NCBI GenBank assembly: GCA_036785375.1
Contig: JAWMAR010000105.1
Coordinates: 2,418,001-2,482,000 of the forward strand
Source of the DNA: Leucoraja ocellata
Lineage: Eukaryota
Direction of reading: 5' to 3'
DNA length: 64,000 nt
Shown here: positions 1-13,699 of the stretch, piece after piece
Layout of the letters: every line of letters begins with the position of its first letter
Numbering within the stretch: position 1 is the stretch's first letter
Position numbers and translations under genes: made by a program
The notes under the pieces: generated by a model
The model's input: only the letters and a program-made list of their open reading frames with translations
Told to the model about the DNA's origin: nothing
Databases searched by the model: none

Positions 1-743
1 ACCCTGAATGCAAACCAGTTTTCCTTGAATGCAAGTTTTGGCAAGTTTTTAATTTGCAACTAATTTGCATCAGTTTTAATAGGCCAATCTCTTTTTAGAA
101 CTGAACTATCTGAGTTCATTTCTACAAATGTAGGTTTGATTAACTTCAGGCTTGTAAATCAAATTGGAGGCGTTGGCATTGGCATCAAAAACTTCTTGGT
201 GAGATGAGAGAACTTGTTGGTGGCAGTGTGGAGAATAATGGAAACTTTGAATGTTAGTAAAGTGTGGTTAGTTCATTAATCAGTTCATTTCTGTATGCTC
301 TCAGCTGGTAACAGCAAAACGCCATCTAACGATGAGAATTACCTAACAACATTGGGTTTTTTGAAGTAAAAACTTCACTCACAACCAAATACTTGTATGT
401 TTTTGCTTGGTACAACTTTCAGGGAGGTAGAAATAATAATTACTGGAACAGGAACCCAATGAGCAGTTCTTATTCCAAAAGAAAATTGGGAAGGAAATCT
501 TGTTTCCAGATTTAGTTTTGGGACAATAAGACCATGTCCACAAATTAGCAAGTTTTCAGAAGTCACACTGACCATTCATTGTGTAGGCCACATCTATACA
601 ATAACAAAAAAAGGGCATGTTACCACTTGAAATATCGAGGATGAAGTAATTTGGCATAGCTTTTTAAAAACAATCCAAAGCTATTTTGGCCTTGGATACT
701 ATGTACTATTCACCATGTGGGGACAGAAGACCTGGCATTATTA

Positions 744-1084
744 AAGCCCTGTCCCACGGTACGAGTTCATTCAAAGAGCTCTCCGAGTTTGCCCTGATTC
801 GAACTCGGAGATTTACGGTAATGGCCACTTGTCAGTACTCTGGCCTCTCGTGGACGTTTTTCAACATGTTTAAAACTCTTCACGAGTCTTCCTGTGCTTA
901 TCTGCCGTCAGCAAGTCTTCCCGAGTACCTGCCGTTAGCGTAACGAACCGCTAAGAGACGTCCCCGAGCTCTGACGTACCCGCTACGTTCATTCTCCGTG
1001 CATACCACAAGTTTGGGGTTTTTTGGGGGGTTTTTTAAACTCGGGAGAGCTCTTGGAATGAACTCGTACCATGGGACAGGGCTT
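744..1084. mobile_element. PIF/Harbinger-like MITE
   Basis: ~47 bp terminal inverted repeats (aagccctgtcccacggtacgagttcattc... / ...gaatgaactcgtaccatgggacagggctt), TTA duplication at 741-743 and 1085-1087, CpG-rich interior. Confidence 0.8.
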
Positions 1085-2170
1085 TTAGTTTATCTTTTTG
1101 GTTACCTTGCATATTTGGTCAATTAGATTGACTTGCATGACAATTTTCACCCACGCGCACCAAAAAAAGGTGGCTGTCTTGATTTTGGGGGAGAGGAGGG
1201 AATTAATTGTAAAGTCATGGCTGATTTTGGTCCACAAAGCAAGCAAATCATTCGCTAAAGTTTAGAAGTACAAGTCGCAAGGTTGTCCTTGGTATCCATA
1301 AGTTTCTTTTACATGTTTACATTATTTTTTCTTCTGAGACCTTGATGGAGAGAGAAGGGAATGGAATGGAAAAGAAACAAGTCTATAACAATGCTAAGCA
1401 GAACATACTGCACTTGCATAGTAAGTTGATTAGTACATGTGGAGGGACAATATTTTGCAACAGAAGCTGTTTTTAATTTATTTGGGGGCAACACCAGGTG
1501 ATCAGGTTTATAATGTGCAACCTTGTATTAAATACAGCAAAAGGCAGTTTGTATCACACACAAGCTGTTAACAACAATGCAATCTTTGTGGTTGCAGAGC
1601 CAGCACCAGGTTTCAATACAAAGTTGACCATTGGAAACAACTAGTTAAAGTACTTAGAATTTTTTTTTCCCACTTGTCCTATCCAATATAATTAACATAA
1701 ACAGGTTAATGTTCCTTTCTATTTTAGGTATCTGAATATGCCTTCCATCAATATTTGTTTTCCTTGAGTAAGTGGATTCCCAGTCTGTATGTTTTAATAT
1801 TTATTATGGTTGCTGTGTAACTCCTACAGTTGGGAGTTACCTTGCTGCTTTTCTAATGGACATAATGTCCCATTTTTTGTGTGGAAGAATTCTTGCTCTG
1901 TTGCCAGTGGTCAAACCACATTCCAACAATCAACTTTTTGACTTGGTTGATAACACACTTTGATGGCGTTCATCTACTCTCCTGGAGATAATGCGAGGCT
2001 AAAATATTAGTGCAGTGATGTAGTGTTGCAATGTAGTAGGCACTAACCTTTGGGTGAGATGTTAAAGTGCAATATGTAGATATAAGATCCCTCGGCACTG
2101 CTCTGTAGAGAAGGTCTCCCCCGTCTTCTCCCCAAATCTTGATTAACATGGGTGACCGACTTATTATTCC

Positions 2171-2572
2171 AAGGTAGATAAAAATGCTGGACAAACTCAG
2201 CGGGTGAGGCAGCATCTATGGAGTGAAGGAAAAGGTGACGTTTTGGGTCGAGACCTTTCTTCAGACTGATGGGGGCAGGAAGAAGAAAGGAAGAGGCAGA
2301 GACAGTGGCCGCTGGGGGATCTGGGAAGGGGGGGAGAAAGCAAGGACAACCTGAAATTGCAGAAGTCAATGTTCATACCACTGAGGTGTAAACTACCCAA
2401 GCAAAATTTGAGGTGCTGCTCCTCCAATTTACGTTGGGACTCACTCTGGCCATGGAGGAGGCCCAGGACAGAAAGGTCCGATTCGGAATGGTGCTGAGTT
2501 GGTCCAAGTTGAAGTGCTGAGCCACTGGGAGATCAGGTTGGTTATTGCGAACTGAGCGAAGGTGTTGGGCGA
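2171..2572 (-). mobile_element. Penelope-like element 3' fragment (GIY-YIG endonuclease C-terminus + terminal repeat with hammerhead motif)
   Basis: Minus-strand peptides AQHLRSVRNNQPDLPVAQHFN and EEQHLKFCLGSLHLSGMNIDFCNFR, followed by tcagtctgaagaaaggtctcgacccaaaacgtcacc (2234-2269 reverse). Confidence 0.85.
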
Positions 2573-5266
2573 TTTGGGGAAAATCAAGATTTAACAAATT
2601 TTCAGACATGCCTTGTCTGTTTTAAGATTTTGTTTCCAGTCATGGAGTTTTCATGTATTGGTTTCTAGCTAACTCAGAGTTGCAGAATCTCCTCAAGCAT
2701 AAGGTTACAAGGAACTAATGGAAGTGATCTTTGAATATCCCTCCCAAAATAAATGCCTACAAGATTCTGAAAGACATTGAACAAATCCACTTCTGGATCC
2801 CAGTTTATCCCCACTAAGATCCAATGGCTATTTTGACTATCTGCTTGGTGATCATTTCCTGTTAAATATCACAATGGCAGTTTGTTTTTTGCTGTTTTAG
2901 AAATGTCGTAACTATTTAAATGTCACCAGTACATGATGTCCAGAGATCGTGAATGATAACTCTGACCCCAAGGTATGCACAGTTCCGTTTATCATGCACG
3001 TGCTTCACTTTAAAAAAAATCCTCGTTTAACAGGTCTAATTCTGAATTGGCTTGCACACTGTTTCATCACTACAGGCAGGCAAACTGTTAAGGTGTATAT
3101 TGATTAAGAAGATGCAAAACTTAATCTGCACTTGTTCTCTCCAATACACTTCCAGCAAAAGGCTCAGTAATTAGGTGATTTAATTCAAAACTCCTAAATT
3201 GAAAATGCAGATGTCACCTGTACAGAGCTGGGGTGAGCTACTGACCTTTTAGTGGACAGCAATTTAAATGTTTTATTAACTGTCATGCTTAATTTTTCAC
3301 TTGGTATGATAGCTTTAAATTGGATCTCCTTAGTACTTATTCTGGCCCCCTTAATAATTCTGAAATTTAATAATTCTGCCATTGGTTGTTGCATCTTTAA
3401 CTGCCAGGGCTCTAAGCTCTGAAATTCTCTCTATCATGATCCACTCCTCTTATAATATTCAATCTTTAGGTCACCTGCCACAACATTTCCTGTTGATTCA
3501 GTGTTCACACTGTTGAGAAAGGCCTTGACACTTTCTATATTAAGTGCACAGCATTGTACGTTGTTGGAATTGTAACCAAGCTACACCATATGGTCATTTA
3601 TTACACACATTTCGACTAAAGTTTCTGCATTAACTATTCCCTTTTCCTGCATGTGATTCGACTTGTCTTCAGGGACTGTCCAATTGACCAATTATTTCTC
3701 CCTGTTCTAGTCACACAGGACAAGTTTCTCATCCCTCTTTCTCCCAAGTCCTTCCAACAATGAATGCCATCCTAATTTGTACCTGTAAATGTGCCTTCAT
3801 TTCCAAAAAAAAACAATTATACATGTCATCCAGTTTGTAATTTAAAAAAGCACATGGCTACTGCTGGTTTGACCGATAAAGGCAGATTATAGATTACCGA
3901 ATGGAGAATTTGTGTGAGGTTTGATCTATATAGGCAATTTTAAATGTGGGCAATAGAGATGGGTGAGAGGGTCTTTTACCAAATGTAGAGGGCGTAAAAT
4001 AGGATTAGGGGACAGAGTACAGTGGATGCATTGAAATTAACGGCAGCACCACTATAATGCTGCCAAAACTAAATTGAGTTGGAGGATGAGAGGAAGGAAT
4101 GACTCTCAAATTTGTATTCTGTTTAGACTTTTGCTTAAGATTGTAATTTGATGCTAAGTTTGCTTTGTGCTAACATTGACCTCTTACTCAATTTTCATCT
4201 CTTTCTTAAAGATGTCAATGTAGGATTTTCTATTTTTAACCAGTGACTGCTCCCTGTCTTTGGAACAAAGAAAGCGTCACTTTTAATTTGCTTGTGACAT
4301 CAAGTGATTTGGAAGAATATTTTTAGGTGGGGTCTAAACCAGCGAGTCAAATCGTCATCGACTCCGACTGACTTTTGTATTGGATATGACTGTCTTTACT
4401 GACTCATTCCTCAGGCAGTAATCTGTGTATTCTACTGAGCATTCTACTACGTCACAGTTTTTACAGTGTACCTGTTTTGTTTGCAATGACGGAGTTACAC
4501 AAGGGTGTGGTGTGCTCTTAATTGTAGTTGGCAAAGCAATGTTTGTTTCTGACTCGACATTGCACAATGCATTGTTACAGAAATAGTTTATCTAAAAGTT
4601 ACTGCTGTGTACCTTGTGTTTGGTAACGGAAGTTCCAGAAATTCTTGTGTCAGGTGTGTGCGTAAGAAGGGAGGGTCATCACGTTGTGAGACTAAAAAGT
4701 ATTCGGGAAGAACATTAGCTGAATTGAGGCAAATGTGTCATCTAAATATCAGTGCATACATCTTTGTAATCTACGCAACGTTTCCTGTCACTTGTCTTGC
4801 CAGTGGGCTTCATCAAGGTCACCAGAGGCCAGCAATTCCCTGAGAATTATCTCCCTCTTGCAGGTCTAGTGTCCACACCTACGGGCTGTGGTGTGGTCAC
4901 GTGTTGAGCCGGACATCGCGGGCCTCTTGCCTTGCCCAATCCCATTTGTTGGCATGGGGTTGCTGACCTTGAGTACCAGGGTTTATTTCTCTTAATTACA
5001 GAAACATTCTAAGAAGGTTCAAAGGTGTCAAGGTTGCGGTCTCGGGTCACTGCTTGGGGGCATGCTCTGCTTTAATGAGATAATACTCTGGCATGGTATT
5101 AGCTCAATTGGCCCTTTAAGTGGACATTCAGATTGGGTAGCTGGCTCGATCTTGTGTGGTCCACTCCAGTGTAAAAGGCAAAGCTTTCATTGCCTGATTA
5201 AATGGAGAGGACACAAAGCCTATTTCTGCCTAGCCATATTATTGCATCTGACCAACCTTTAGTTGC

Positions 5267-5520
5267 AGTGCTGGAGTAACATGGTGGGTCGGGCAGCATC
5301 TCTGGAGATAAAGGACTGGTGAAGTTTCTGGTTCAGACCCTTCTTCAGACTTATTATTCACCAGGTGGCTCTTGACAACCTAACTGCTAAAATCATAAGT
5401 CTGAAGAAGAGTCCCGACCCAAAACGTCACCTATTCCTTTTCTTCAGAATGCTGTCTGACTCGCTGAGCTACTCCAGCTTTTTGTCGATCTTTGGTTTAA
5501 ACCAGCATCTGCAGTTCCTC
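5267..5520. mobile_element. Inverted pair of PLE terminal repeats with two hammerhead motifs
   Basis: Antisense arm 5267-5354, 40-nt spacer, sense arm 5395-5520 (ataagt-ctgaaga...aaaacgtc-acctat). Confidence 0.8.
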
Positions 5521-6325
5521 CCATCTCTTATGCTATGTACTACCCGACTCTGGAATTACTGAATGAAAATCTAGATATATGCTTTCTCCTTGGATTTGAG
5601 AGATGTGTGCTGCCATACAATTTATTTTTAATGTTGTAGTTTTCAAACTGCTGATTCATTCTGAAGATTTCTGGTTTACTCCCAAAGTAATCCACCTACA
5701 GCTAGATGCTAGAAATTTGCTGGGCAGCTAATAACTAACCACAGGCTGGGCATTTTCAATAGCATTTGGTGTTTGGATAATGCAAAGTAATTTGATCCAT
5801 CCATCAAAATATTTTTTTTTGCAGGGTGAATGATATTGGAAGCCATTATCACCATTTCCTACAGGTTTGGATGTTTTGAATGCTCTCAGGGGCTCAGTTA
5901 TTAGACTAAAGTGCAAGCATTAGACTAGACTAATTTAATAATCCAGACTCTGTGCAACGCATGACTTTAGCAGCTAGGTTGTCAAGAGTCACCAAATGAA
6001 TAATAAGAGCTCTGGGCCCAGACAAGAAAAGTTGTGTATTTCAGTCAGGCCATCAGTACTTGAAGTCTTGTGGGGTGGTATTCAGATTTGAATGTACATA
6101 ACCATAATGCAGCCCCTCATGGGTTTGGTACTGATGTAATCCTAGCACTTTGCTGTAGACAAATGTTTAAAGCTTGACTGGAGTTGGCGAGGAATTAAAA
6201 ACCAAATACATAAATCAAAGATGACGTTGGCAAGGCGGACGGATGGTGGTCAGAATGGGTTTCGAAGAGGATTTGGGGCTTGGGGAGAACTTCAAGGTTT
6301 TGAAGGTGAAGCTGGCTGTTGTGGG

Positions 6326-7106
6326 GAAAAAAGGTAGCCACCATTTATTATCTAAATGGTGGCCGATTAGGAAAGGGGGGGATGCAGCGAGACCTGGGTG
6401 TCATGGTACACCAGTCATTGAAGGTAGGCATGCAGGTGCAGCAGGCAGTAAAGAAAGCGAATGGTATGTTAGCTTTCATTGCAAAAGGATTTGAGTATAC
6501 AAGCAGGGAGGTTCTACTGCAGTTGTACAGGGTCTTGGTGAGACCACACCTGGAGTATTGCGTACAGTTTTGGTCTCCAAATCTGAGGAAGGACATTATT
6601 GCCATAGAGGGAGTGCAGAGACGGTTCACCAGACTGATTCCTGGGATGTCAGGACTGTCTTATGAAGAAAGACTGGATAGACTTGGTTTATACTCTCTAG
6701 AATTTAGAAGATTGAGAGGGGATCTTATAGAAACTTACAAAATTCTTAAGGGGTTGGACAGGCTAGATGCAGAAAGATTGTTCCCGATGTTAGGGAAGTC
6801 CAGGACAAGGGGTCACAGCTTAAGGATAAAGGGGAAATCCTTTAAAACCGAGATGAGGAGAACTTTTTTCACACAGAGAGTGGTGAATCTCTGGAACTCT
6901 CTGCCACAGAGGGTAGTTGAGGCCAGTTCATTGGCTATATTTAAGAGGGAGTTAGATGTGGCCCTTGTGGCTAAGGGGATCAGGGGGTATGGAGAGAAGG
7001 CAGGTACGGGATACTGAGTTGGATGATCAGCCATGATCATATTGAATGGCGGTGCAGGCTCGAAGGGCCGAATGGCCTATTCCTGCACCTAATTTCTATG
7101 TTTCTA
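6326..7106 (+). mobile_element. Young 5'-truncated CR1/HER1-like LINE (ORF2 C-terminus + 3'UTR)
   Basis: Open frame with RDLGV, LYRVLVRPHLEYCVQFWSP, LEFRRLRGDLIETYKI, TRGHSL, FFTQRVVNLWNSLP; 3' hairpin ggtgcagg...cctgcacc and ttctatgtttcta tail; candidate TSD gttgtggg (6318-6325)/gtcgtggg (7107-7114). Confidence 0.95.
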
Positions 7107-7239
7107 GTCGTGGGTAGAGTGGTTAAGTTACTGTGCTGGCAGCTGGAATCTGGACCTCCCCCCAGAGACACTGGTTTGATTTTCAAGATGGATGGTGCAG
7201 AATGTTTAAGTAATTCAAAAATCTTTAACTAACTATGAA

Positions 7240-7352
7240 TACAAACAATACAATAATACTTTATTAGCCAAGTATGTTTTGCAACATACAAGGAATTTCA
7301 TTTGCTAAGTCAGTCATACAAATAAAAAGCAACGGAACACACAAAATACATT
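7240..7352 (-). mobile_element. LINE 3' tail fragment (family uncertain)
   Basis: (caata)n-like tail followed by tttatt...catacaaggaattt, resembling the other reverse-oriented LINE tails in the window. Confidence 0.4.
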
Positions 7353-8099
7353 CTACAAACACCACTGGCTCTGTAATGTACATCAGGAAAGAAACTATCG
7401 ATCTTTACCCAGTTTGGCCTGTGTGACGATAATTCTAACTAGGATCTATACAAGGGTACTGCTTGCAACAGACAACTTGTGTGGAGAGAGCAATTGAACT
7501 GACCCTGGTCATTGTACTATAGTGTCTGACAAAATGTATGTAGGCAGTCCAAATTAAATGTGGGTTGTTAGAACTTTGAGACAGCAGCCTTAAAATATTT
7601 ATAATAAATCATTTTTGATCTTGTTACTATGAAATGATCATGGCATAAATATTGTATTGCTGTATTTAGAATTCAAATGGGTACTTTGTTTGATATTGGT
7701 GCAAGTGACATAAAATATGTTAAATACTAGAACTTTATCAAATGTCATAGACATGGAGTGCTTGTTAAGCTTTTACTTGGTTAATGCAATTAAAATGTTG
7801 CTACTTAACATAGTAAAAGAGGATAATGTGCAGGTGTAATATTTTCAACATTTGGTTAGTTTAATATCAGGACATGATATAATTGACATTTTATAAAAGG
7901 CTTCATTTTTATACTGCCTACAAACTGCTCAGCATATACGTGATGTATCTATTACAATTGTAAATGATCTTTCAACTTGATGACAATTCAATTAGATTGT
8001 CTATTTTTTCCAGCCAGTATAGTATTGTGATACTTTTTCCTGAGTACTGACTTGGGTTATAAAGGCACCCTGACTCAACTTGCAGTATCCAGCTTCAAC

Positions 8100-8235
8100 T
8101 GGTCTTTCGTATGGCGTGCACAGCCTAAAGTTGTAGGACAACTTGTTCTATTTGGTCTTATTTGATTGTGCACATCAGGTTGATTGCATTCGTTGAAACA
8201 GGGCAGACCATGTGAAGGTTGCAATCTCCCACCCC
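8100..8235 (-). repeat. Probable interspersed repeat fragment, unclassified
   Basis: Compositionally distinct block (cgtatggcgtgcacagcctaaagttgtaggacaac...gcaatctcccacccc); recognised by pattern only. Confidence 0.3.
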
Positions 8236-9049
8236 AAGCTTCATCTGGTGGACAGCTGTTTCCCAGCTCTGAAGTATCTGCCTGGTGTCCTTTTGATGTT
8301 GGCTCCAACTACTGAATGGTCTGGTTAATGGGTAAAGACAAGGAGTGCAGCCCAGTGCCATATTTCTGGCAGACAAGCTGCATTGCACTATGTGATCTGG
8401 AAAAAATGCTCTTGAACCCTTGTTGACACCTTACTTTATTGTGAAGATTAATTTCCTTGCAGATATTTGAAATTCTCTCTCGGTGCCCGTGACATTTGGG
8501 TCGGTTTAAATCCCGTGCTGCAATGTACTATTCTCAAATAAATTGCTTCAATTTAAAATGTTTATTGCAGACAGACCAAAATAACAAAATGTGGAAGATG
8601 CTTTATTGGTTTATAGTACTGGTAGAATATAATCTACAATACATAAGCATCCCTTCTATTACATTAGTATTGTTTCCATATTCAGCAACTGAGACCATAC
8701 AAGTTGTTGAAAAGATAACGATCAAAGTTTAGGAGCCGATCTGGCTGGATTGAAGTTGTGAAGCTGTGTGCTTGAATCTAGTTCCAGCAAAGACAATTGT
8801 GAAAAACTTGGTGACAGCAGATGAGTTAAGACACATGCAGATTGAGTTGCCTTTCTTGAACGTGAATACCTCGCATTCCTTTGGTGCTCTGCTTCTGGAC
8901 AGTTGCCATAACAAGTTTTACAATTTGTTATTTGTGGAATCAATCTGGGCGACTTTATCTCAGTTGAACCCCACCTACACTCGACTGAAGCCCTTTTTGT
9001 CTCTTTCCCTAACCTTTTGTTACATCCACACCTTAAGATCCAACTTTGC

Positions 9050-9621
9050 ACAAAGGTTCAAAGGGCTTTTATTGTCACATGTACCAATTAAGGTGCAGTG
9101 ATATTCGATTTGCCATACTAAAAAAAAAGCAACAAGACGCACAACTACATAACAGTTAACATAAACATCAGAGTGATCTAAGCTCCTGAAGTCAGGACGA
9201 TCGAATCCCCCGTGTCGCGGCGATTGAAGCTCCCGCTTCAGGTCGGTCGAAGCTCTTGCGGCTTGGAGCTTCTGAAGTCGGTCTCTAACCAGAGAGCGCG
9301 AGCTCCACGATTTTAAAGTCCGCAGCCTCCAAGGTCGATCCATGACGGGGACAGCCAGCTCCATGATAAGTCAGCAGGCTCTCACGGTTGGAGCTCCCGA
9401 AGTCGGTCTCCAGCAGAGGCCGTCAGCTGCTCGATGTTAGGCTGTAGAGCGGACGGAGATACGATATGGAGGTAAGAGATTTAAAAACAAGTTTCCCCCC
9501 CCCCCCCCCCCCCCACATATAAAACAAACACTAAAGCATAAATTTAACACATACTATAAAACAACAAAGAAGGGATGGATGAGTCGGACTGTTGGTGATG
9601 CAGCCATTGCTGGTGCCACCC
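9050..9621 (-). mobile_element. Non-autonomous retroelement with LINE-type 3' tail and CpG-rich core
   Basis: Tail tttattgtcacatgtacc...cagtga resembles 27150-27200 and 41690-41720; GC/CpG-rich interior 9180-9470; poly-C at 9495-9514; no coding signature. Confidence 0.55.
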
Positions 9622-10834
9622 AATGAGTATTCAAGTAAAGGGTATTTTTGTACCCGCCACCATTCAGGTAAAGAGTATTTTTGTAACTTCCGGCTAACTT
9701 GCTTCTACCGTACTTGTCTCTTGCCTCCCAATCAAATGCCAACCCATATCACAAGCTAATTATTTTTGGGAGGCCTCTAAGTTTTAATCATCTGGTGTGA
9801 ATCCTCTACGTAATTTCCATAACCCTCAATAAAAACATCCTAAGATGCTATCTTAACATTCATCACTGACGTTCTGATGTGGATTAGTTGGGTATGCCTT
9901 TAAACATCTTAATTTTTCTCAGCTTACTTATTCAGGTTCTCAATCAGAATTCCAGCAACTTTTCTACAATTAGGCAGACAAGCCTAGTTTCATTCTTCCC
10001 TCTTAGTGCAATCATCTTGCACTCCTGAAAAATGGATACAAACTACAAATTGAATAGATCTGCTGCTTTTCTTTCGAGCTGGTTCAGCTTGCACGTGCGG
10101 TCTAATAATATCTTGGATTTTTTTATAATTTATCCATTGGTTTTCCCCTTGTTTTACTGTGAGCTGCCTTCATATGATACAATTCCTGTCTCATTTTCTT
10201 CATGGGTATTGCCTACCGCACACCATAGATTATTTAAAATGATTTATGCACTTAATTATTTGGGTTACTTTCTCTATTCAGCCAGGTTTGCTGTGGATAA
10301 TTAATTTCTCATTCTTTTAAGTCTGTCTTACTTAGCATTGGCACTGTTTCTGTGCTACTCCCTCGCATACTTGGTGTTGGGTTCATAATCACTAAAAGGG
10401 CAAAGGTAAAGCCATGGTATGTAGTAGACTTTGTGACGGGTTTAAAGTTATGATCACAGTTAAGGAAGTCTAATTTCAGTTGATTACTAAATCCAATTAC
10501 ATCTTGGGCCATTATTGATAATGCAAACAAACATGCAATATTCTACATATTTATTGGCATTGCAGCTCCAAACTATTCTGTTCCTCTCAGTAAAAATATC
10601 CCTGAACTCTCCATTACACCCTGCTTATTTCTTTGTTTGCCCTAACCCTGTTATCAAGACTGTTAACAATTCCTTTGCCCTGCACACTTTCTCCCCGTTT
10701 CCAGTGCCTCTCCACTCGTGTTTATCGCCTGCAATTACATCTTTTTGTCATGTTACAGGAGAAAGATATATTCCTCCCCCTCCTCACTTCGTATCATCTA
10801 ATTAAAAACACTGCAGCCTGCGAGTGCATCTGCC

Positions 10835-11075
10835 TCAGAGCGGCAGAGACATGAGGTCAATCATAACCACTGGTGCTGTCATTGTTGTGTTTTCTGGTTC
10901 TCCCTGTGACTGAGAGCGTCCTCTCACATCTCAATGACATGTGATTTTGCAGGTTAATTGACCTTTACCAATTTCCCCTGGTGTGCAGGGAGTCGATAAG
11001 CAAGTTGTGTAATATAGAACTAGAACAAATGGGTGATAAATTCTTGGCATGGATTCAGTGGGCCAAATGTCCTTT
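10835..11075 (+). mobile_element. Degenerate tRNA-derived V-SINE (HE1-like)
   Basis: ggtgctgtc...gttctccctgtgac...gcaggttaattg...ggcatggattcagtgggccaa matches the younger SINE copies in this window. Confidence 0.6.
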
Positions 11076-12645
11076 TTTTTTGCATTTCTCTATGCTTGGG
11101 TTGGATTTAATGGACTGTTTCACTTTTAATTGTAATGTTGTGTAATCATCAGATTATGGAATCCAATTTTGGAAGCACGTCATTGGAATCCAACTTTCCA
11201 AGCCTGTCATAGTTTGAAGAGACTTGTAACACTTACATTTGGAAGTTGACCTAGAGTGGAGACCACTTTTTGCATATCTTGTTAGTAAAAAAATATTTTG
11301 TGATCCTTCTGCCTAGGCACATGTACCTTGCCGTTGTGGCCAGGACACTGTAGGGCAGCAGCAAGGGCTATAGGGGACTCCGAAGGAATGATTTGAGTAC
11401 TTGTAAGCTCTAGATGAAGAGGCTCATGTTTTTTTTGTTTTTGTTTAAATGGATTGTAACCTTATCAGGTAATTGTCACCTGACTGGATTGACCTTGCTG
11501 AGAGAAGGATCATGTCACATGAAAGTGATCCTCTTTATTGTACTGAGAATGATGCCTCCGTTGCACCATCAGGCACTTCTTTTTGCTTTTGGCTTCCCCT
11601 CCATTCTGTCCCAGCCAAATGAGAATGCTCATGGTTGAGCCAATGCCTTTTGGTTGAAATACTAACTTGCCTTTTGGCTTATTCTCTGACCGCACATTTT
11701 GTCTATGATCAATAATTTAGTGTAAATGGATGCATTGAAACTAATGGATGAAATATGCTTTCATTTAGAATTACAACCCTAAAAAGGCTATATACATACC
11801 TTGCATGTATGTGCTTACTGAGTCATTTAGACTTGCAATCTTAAATAGAGTCTTAAACAGCCTTGTATGCTTACCAAGTCTAAAAGCAGAATTCTAATTT
11901 CAACCTTAAATAACATCCTTCCTCTAGTGCTTCATGATACTAAACGATCCATGCAATATGGTTATTTAGTATTATGATACACGATTTAAGGTTTTAATTT
12001 GAATTCAGTTTTTGGACTTGGTAAGGATGTGCATTTCAGATTAAGAAAGAAATAAATGTGAAAGATTTTGGCTTGCTCCAAATTAATTGCTTTATTTATA
12101 CTATACTATACCACAGGACATGCTGGTAGTCACAAATTAATTTCAATGCATAAATTATGCATCTAATAGATTCTTAAAAATTAGATTTTTTCAAAAAATG
12201 CAATATCATTAATTCTAATCAATTAAAATGCAAATGATACTGCTGTTGCAATCTAATTTGGTAGTGTGCCAGTGCAATGCTGTGGCATTTTTAATTATCA
12301 TTAATATGTGCTATGAGGTGGACATCAATGATCTGTAGTACAGGGAGACTCATGACAAATGTTGAAGACTATCCATTTAAACAGCAAGACTTGAACAAAC
12401 TTCATAATTTCCTGTTGTGATCTCCATGTCGTGAACAGGTATGAGTTCATGTTTTGAAACCTTTTTCCATTGGGAGAACACGAGCAGCTTTTTTAGCACT
12501 ACATGGAAATCTGTTAATATAACATTTCTCCCCTCCAAGCCTCAAAACATCAAATTAGATAAATTTTATCGAGGTGCATTCAGTGAATGGCATTAGATGG
12601 TGGTTTGCACTACAGCAAAATCTAACAATTTAATGTCTAGAAAAA

Positions 12646-12793
12646 GTCACAAAATGCTCAAGTAGCTCAGCAAGTCAGTCGGCGTCTCTGGAGAACATGG
12701 AAAGCAACGTTTTGGCTCGGGATCTTTCTTTTGATTCAAGGGTCTGACCCTCGAAACAGAATCCAGATGGGTCCCAATCCAAAACATTGCCTT
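12646..12793. mobile_element. Degenerate inverted PLE terminal-repeat pair
   Basis: cacaaaatgctcaagtagctcag...caacgttttgg followed by gggtcccaatccaaaacattgcc. Confidence 0.55.
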
Positions 12794-13699
12794 GTGTCGA
12801 CAATTAATTGATCAGATTTTGTCTCATTTGAAATGGACAGATTATCCTTGTTTATCTAATGGCGTTGTCTATGGCTTCTTGATAAATTGGGAAAGTTTTT
12901 ATGCCTAATCAAATGGACTGTTTTATTAGCTATGTGGATATTGTACTTCTATATCGAGATATGTAAAAGTCATAATTAGCACGAGGAGGATAAAATTAAT
13001 TCTCTCTACTCCCTGTAATAGCAATTTATGCAGTCCTACCAAGCTGTCTGCAGATTTCCATGCAAGTATTAATCTGGATCCTTTTTTGAAATTGACAATT
13101 GAATCTCTCCTGTCATCCTTTCAAACATTTTAATTAAATAAATATACAGGAAATTCAGTATGCCTTTACAAGGCAACACTTTCATTGTCATAAAAAAAAA
13201 TAAGTTTGTCCAGTTTTTAAATTATTGCAATCACAAAATGGCCAGATGTGGGTGGTGTGAATTTGAGCGGTCTCTTCAGTTGCTGCTCCAGTTGATTTCA
13301 AGCACAATTTCAACAGTGCAGGTCTGCCAATCCGATTATCCTGTTATTTGTCATATTAAACCTAATACTGGTATGGTATATCTGGAGAATAGAGACAATC
13401 GGGATTCAGTTTTGAGTTGGTTGTATCTTGTTGCGTTTGTGCGGTGGGAAAGGTGTTAGATTTACAGCAGGCCACATTCCAGAAGTAAACCAACTGGTCT
13501 GAATAGTTTTAAACTGGGTACACATTCAACAATGCCAAAAATGCAGGCTGCTTTTACTGTATATTGTTGACTGGCTGTTTACATTTTTTTAAGCTTGTCG
13601 TTTCACATTTCTCTCTCATTACTAGTGATAGTACAGAGCTGGTGAACACCTTATTATGATACTTTATCCTTGTAAGATGGGTGGCATTTAGAAATGAGA

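Noticed and set aside
6319-7017. 232-aa ORF as a host gene
   Set aside because: It is the CR1 ORF2 C-terminus, 5'-truncated, with a second copy at 57660-58246.
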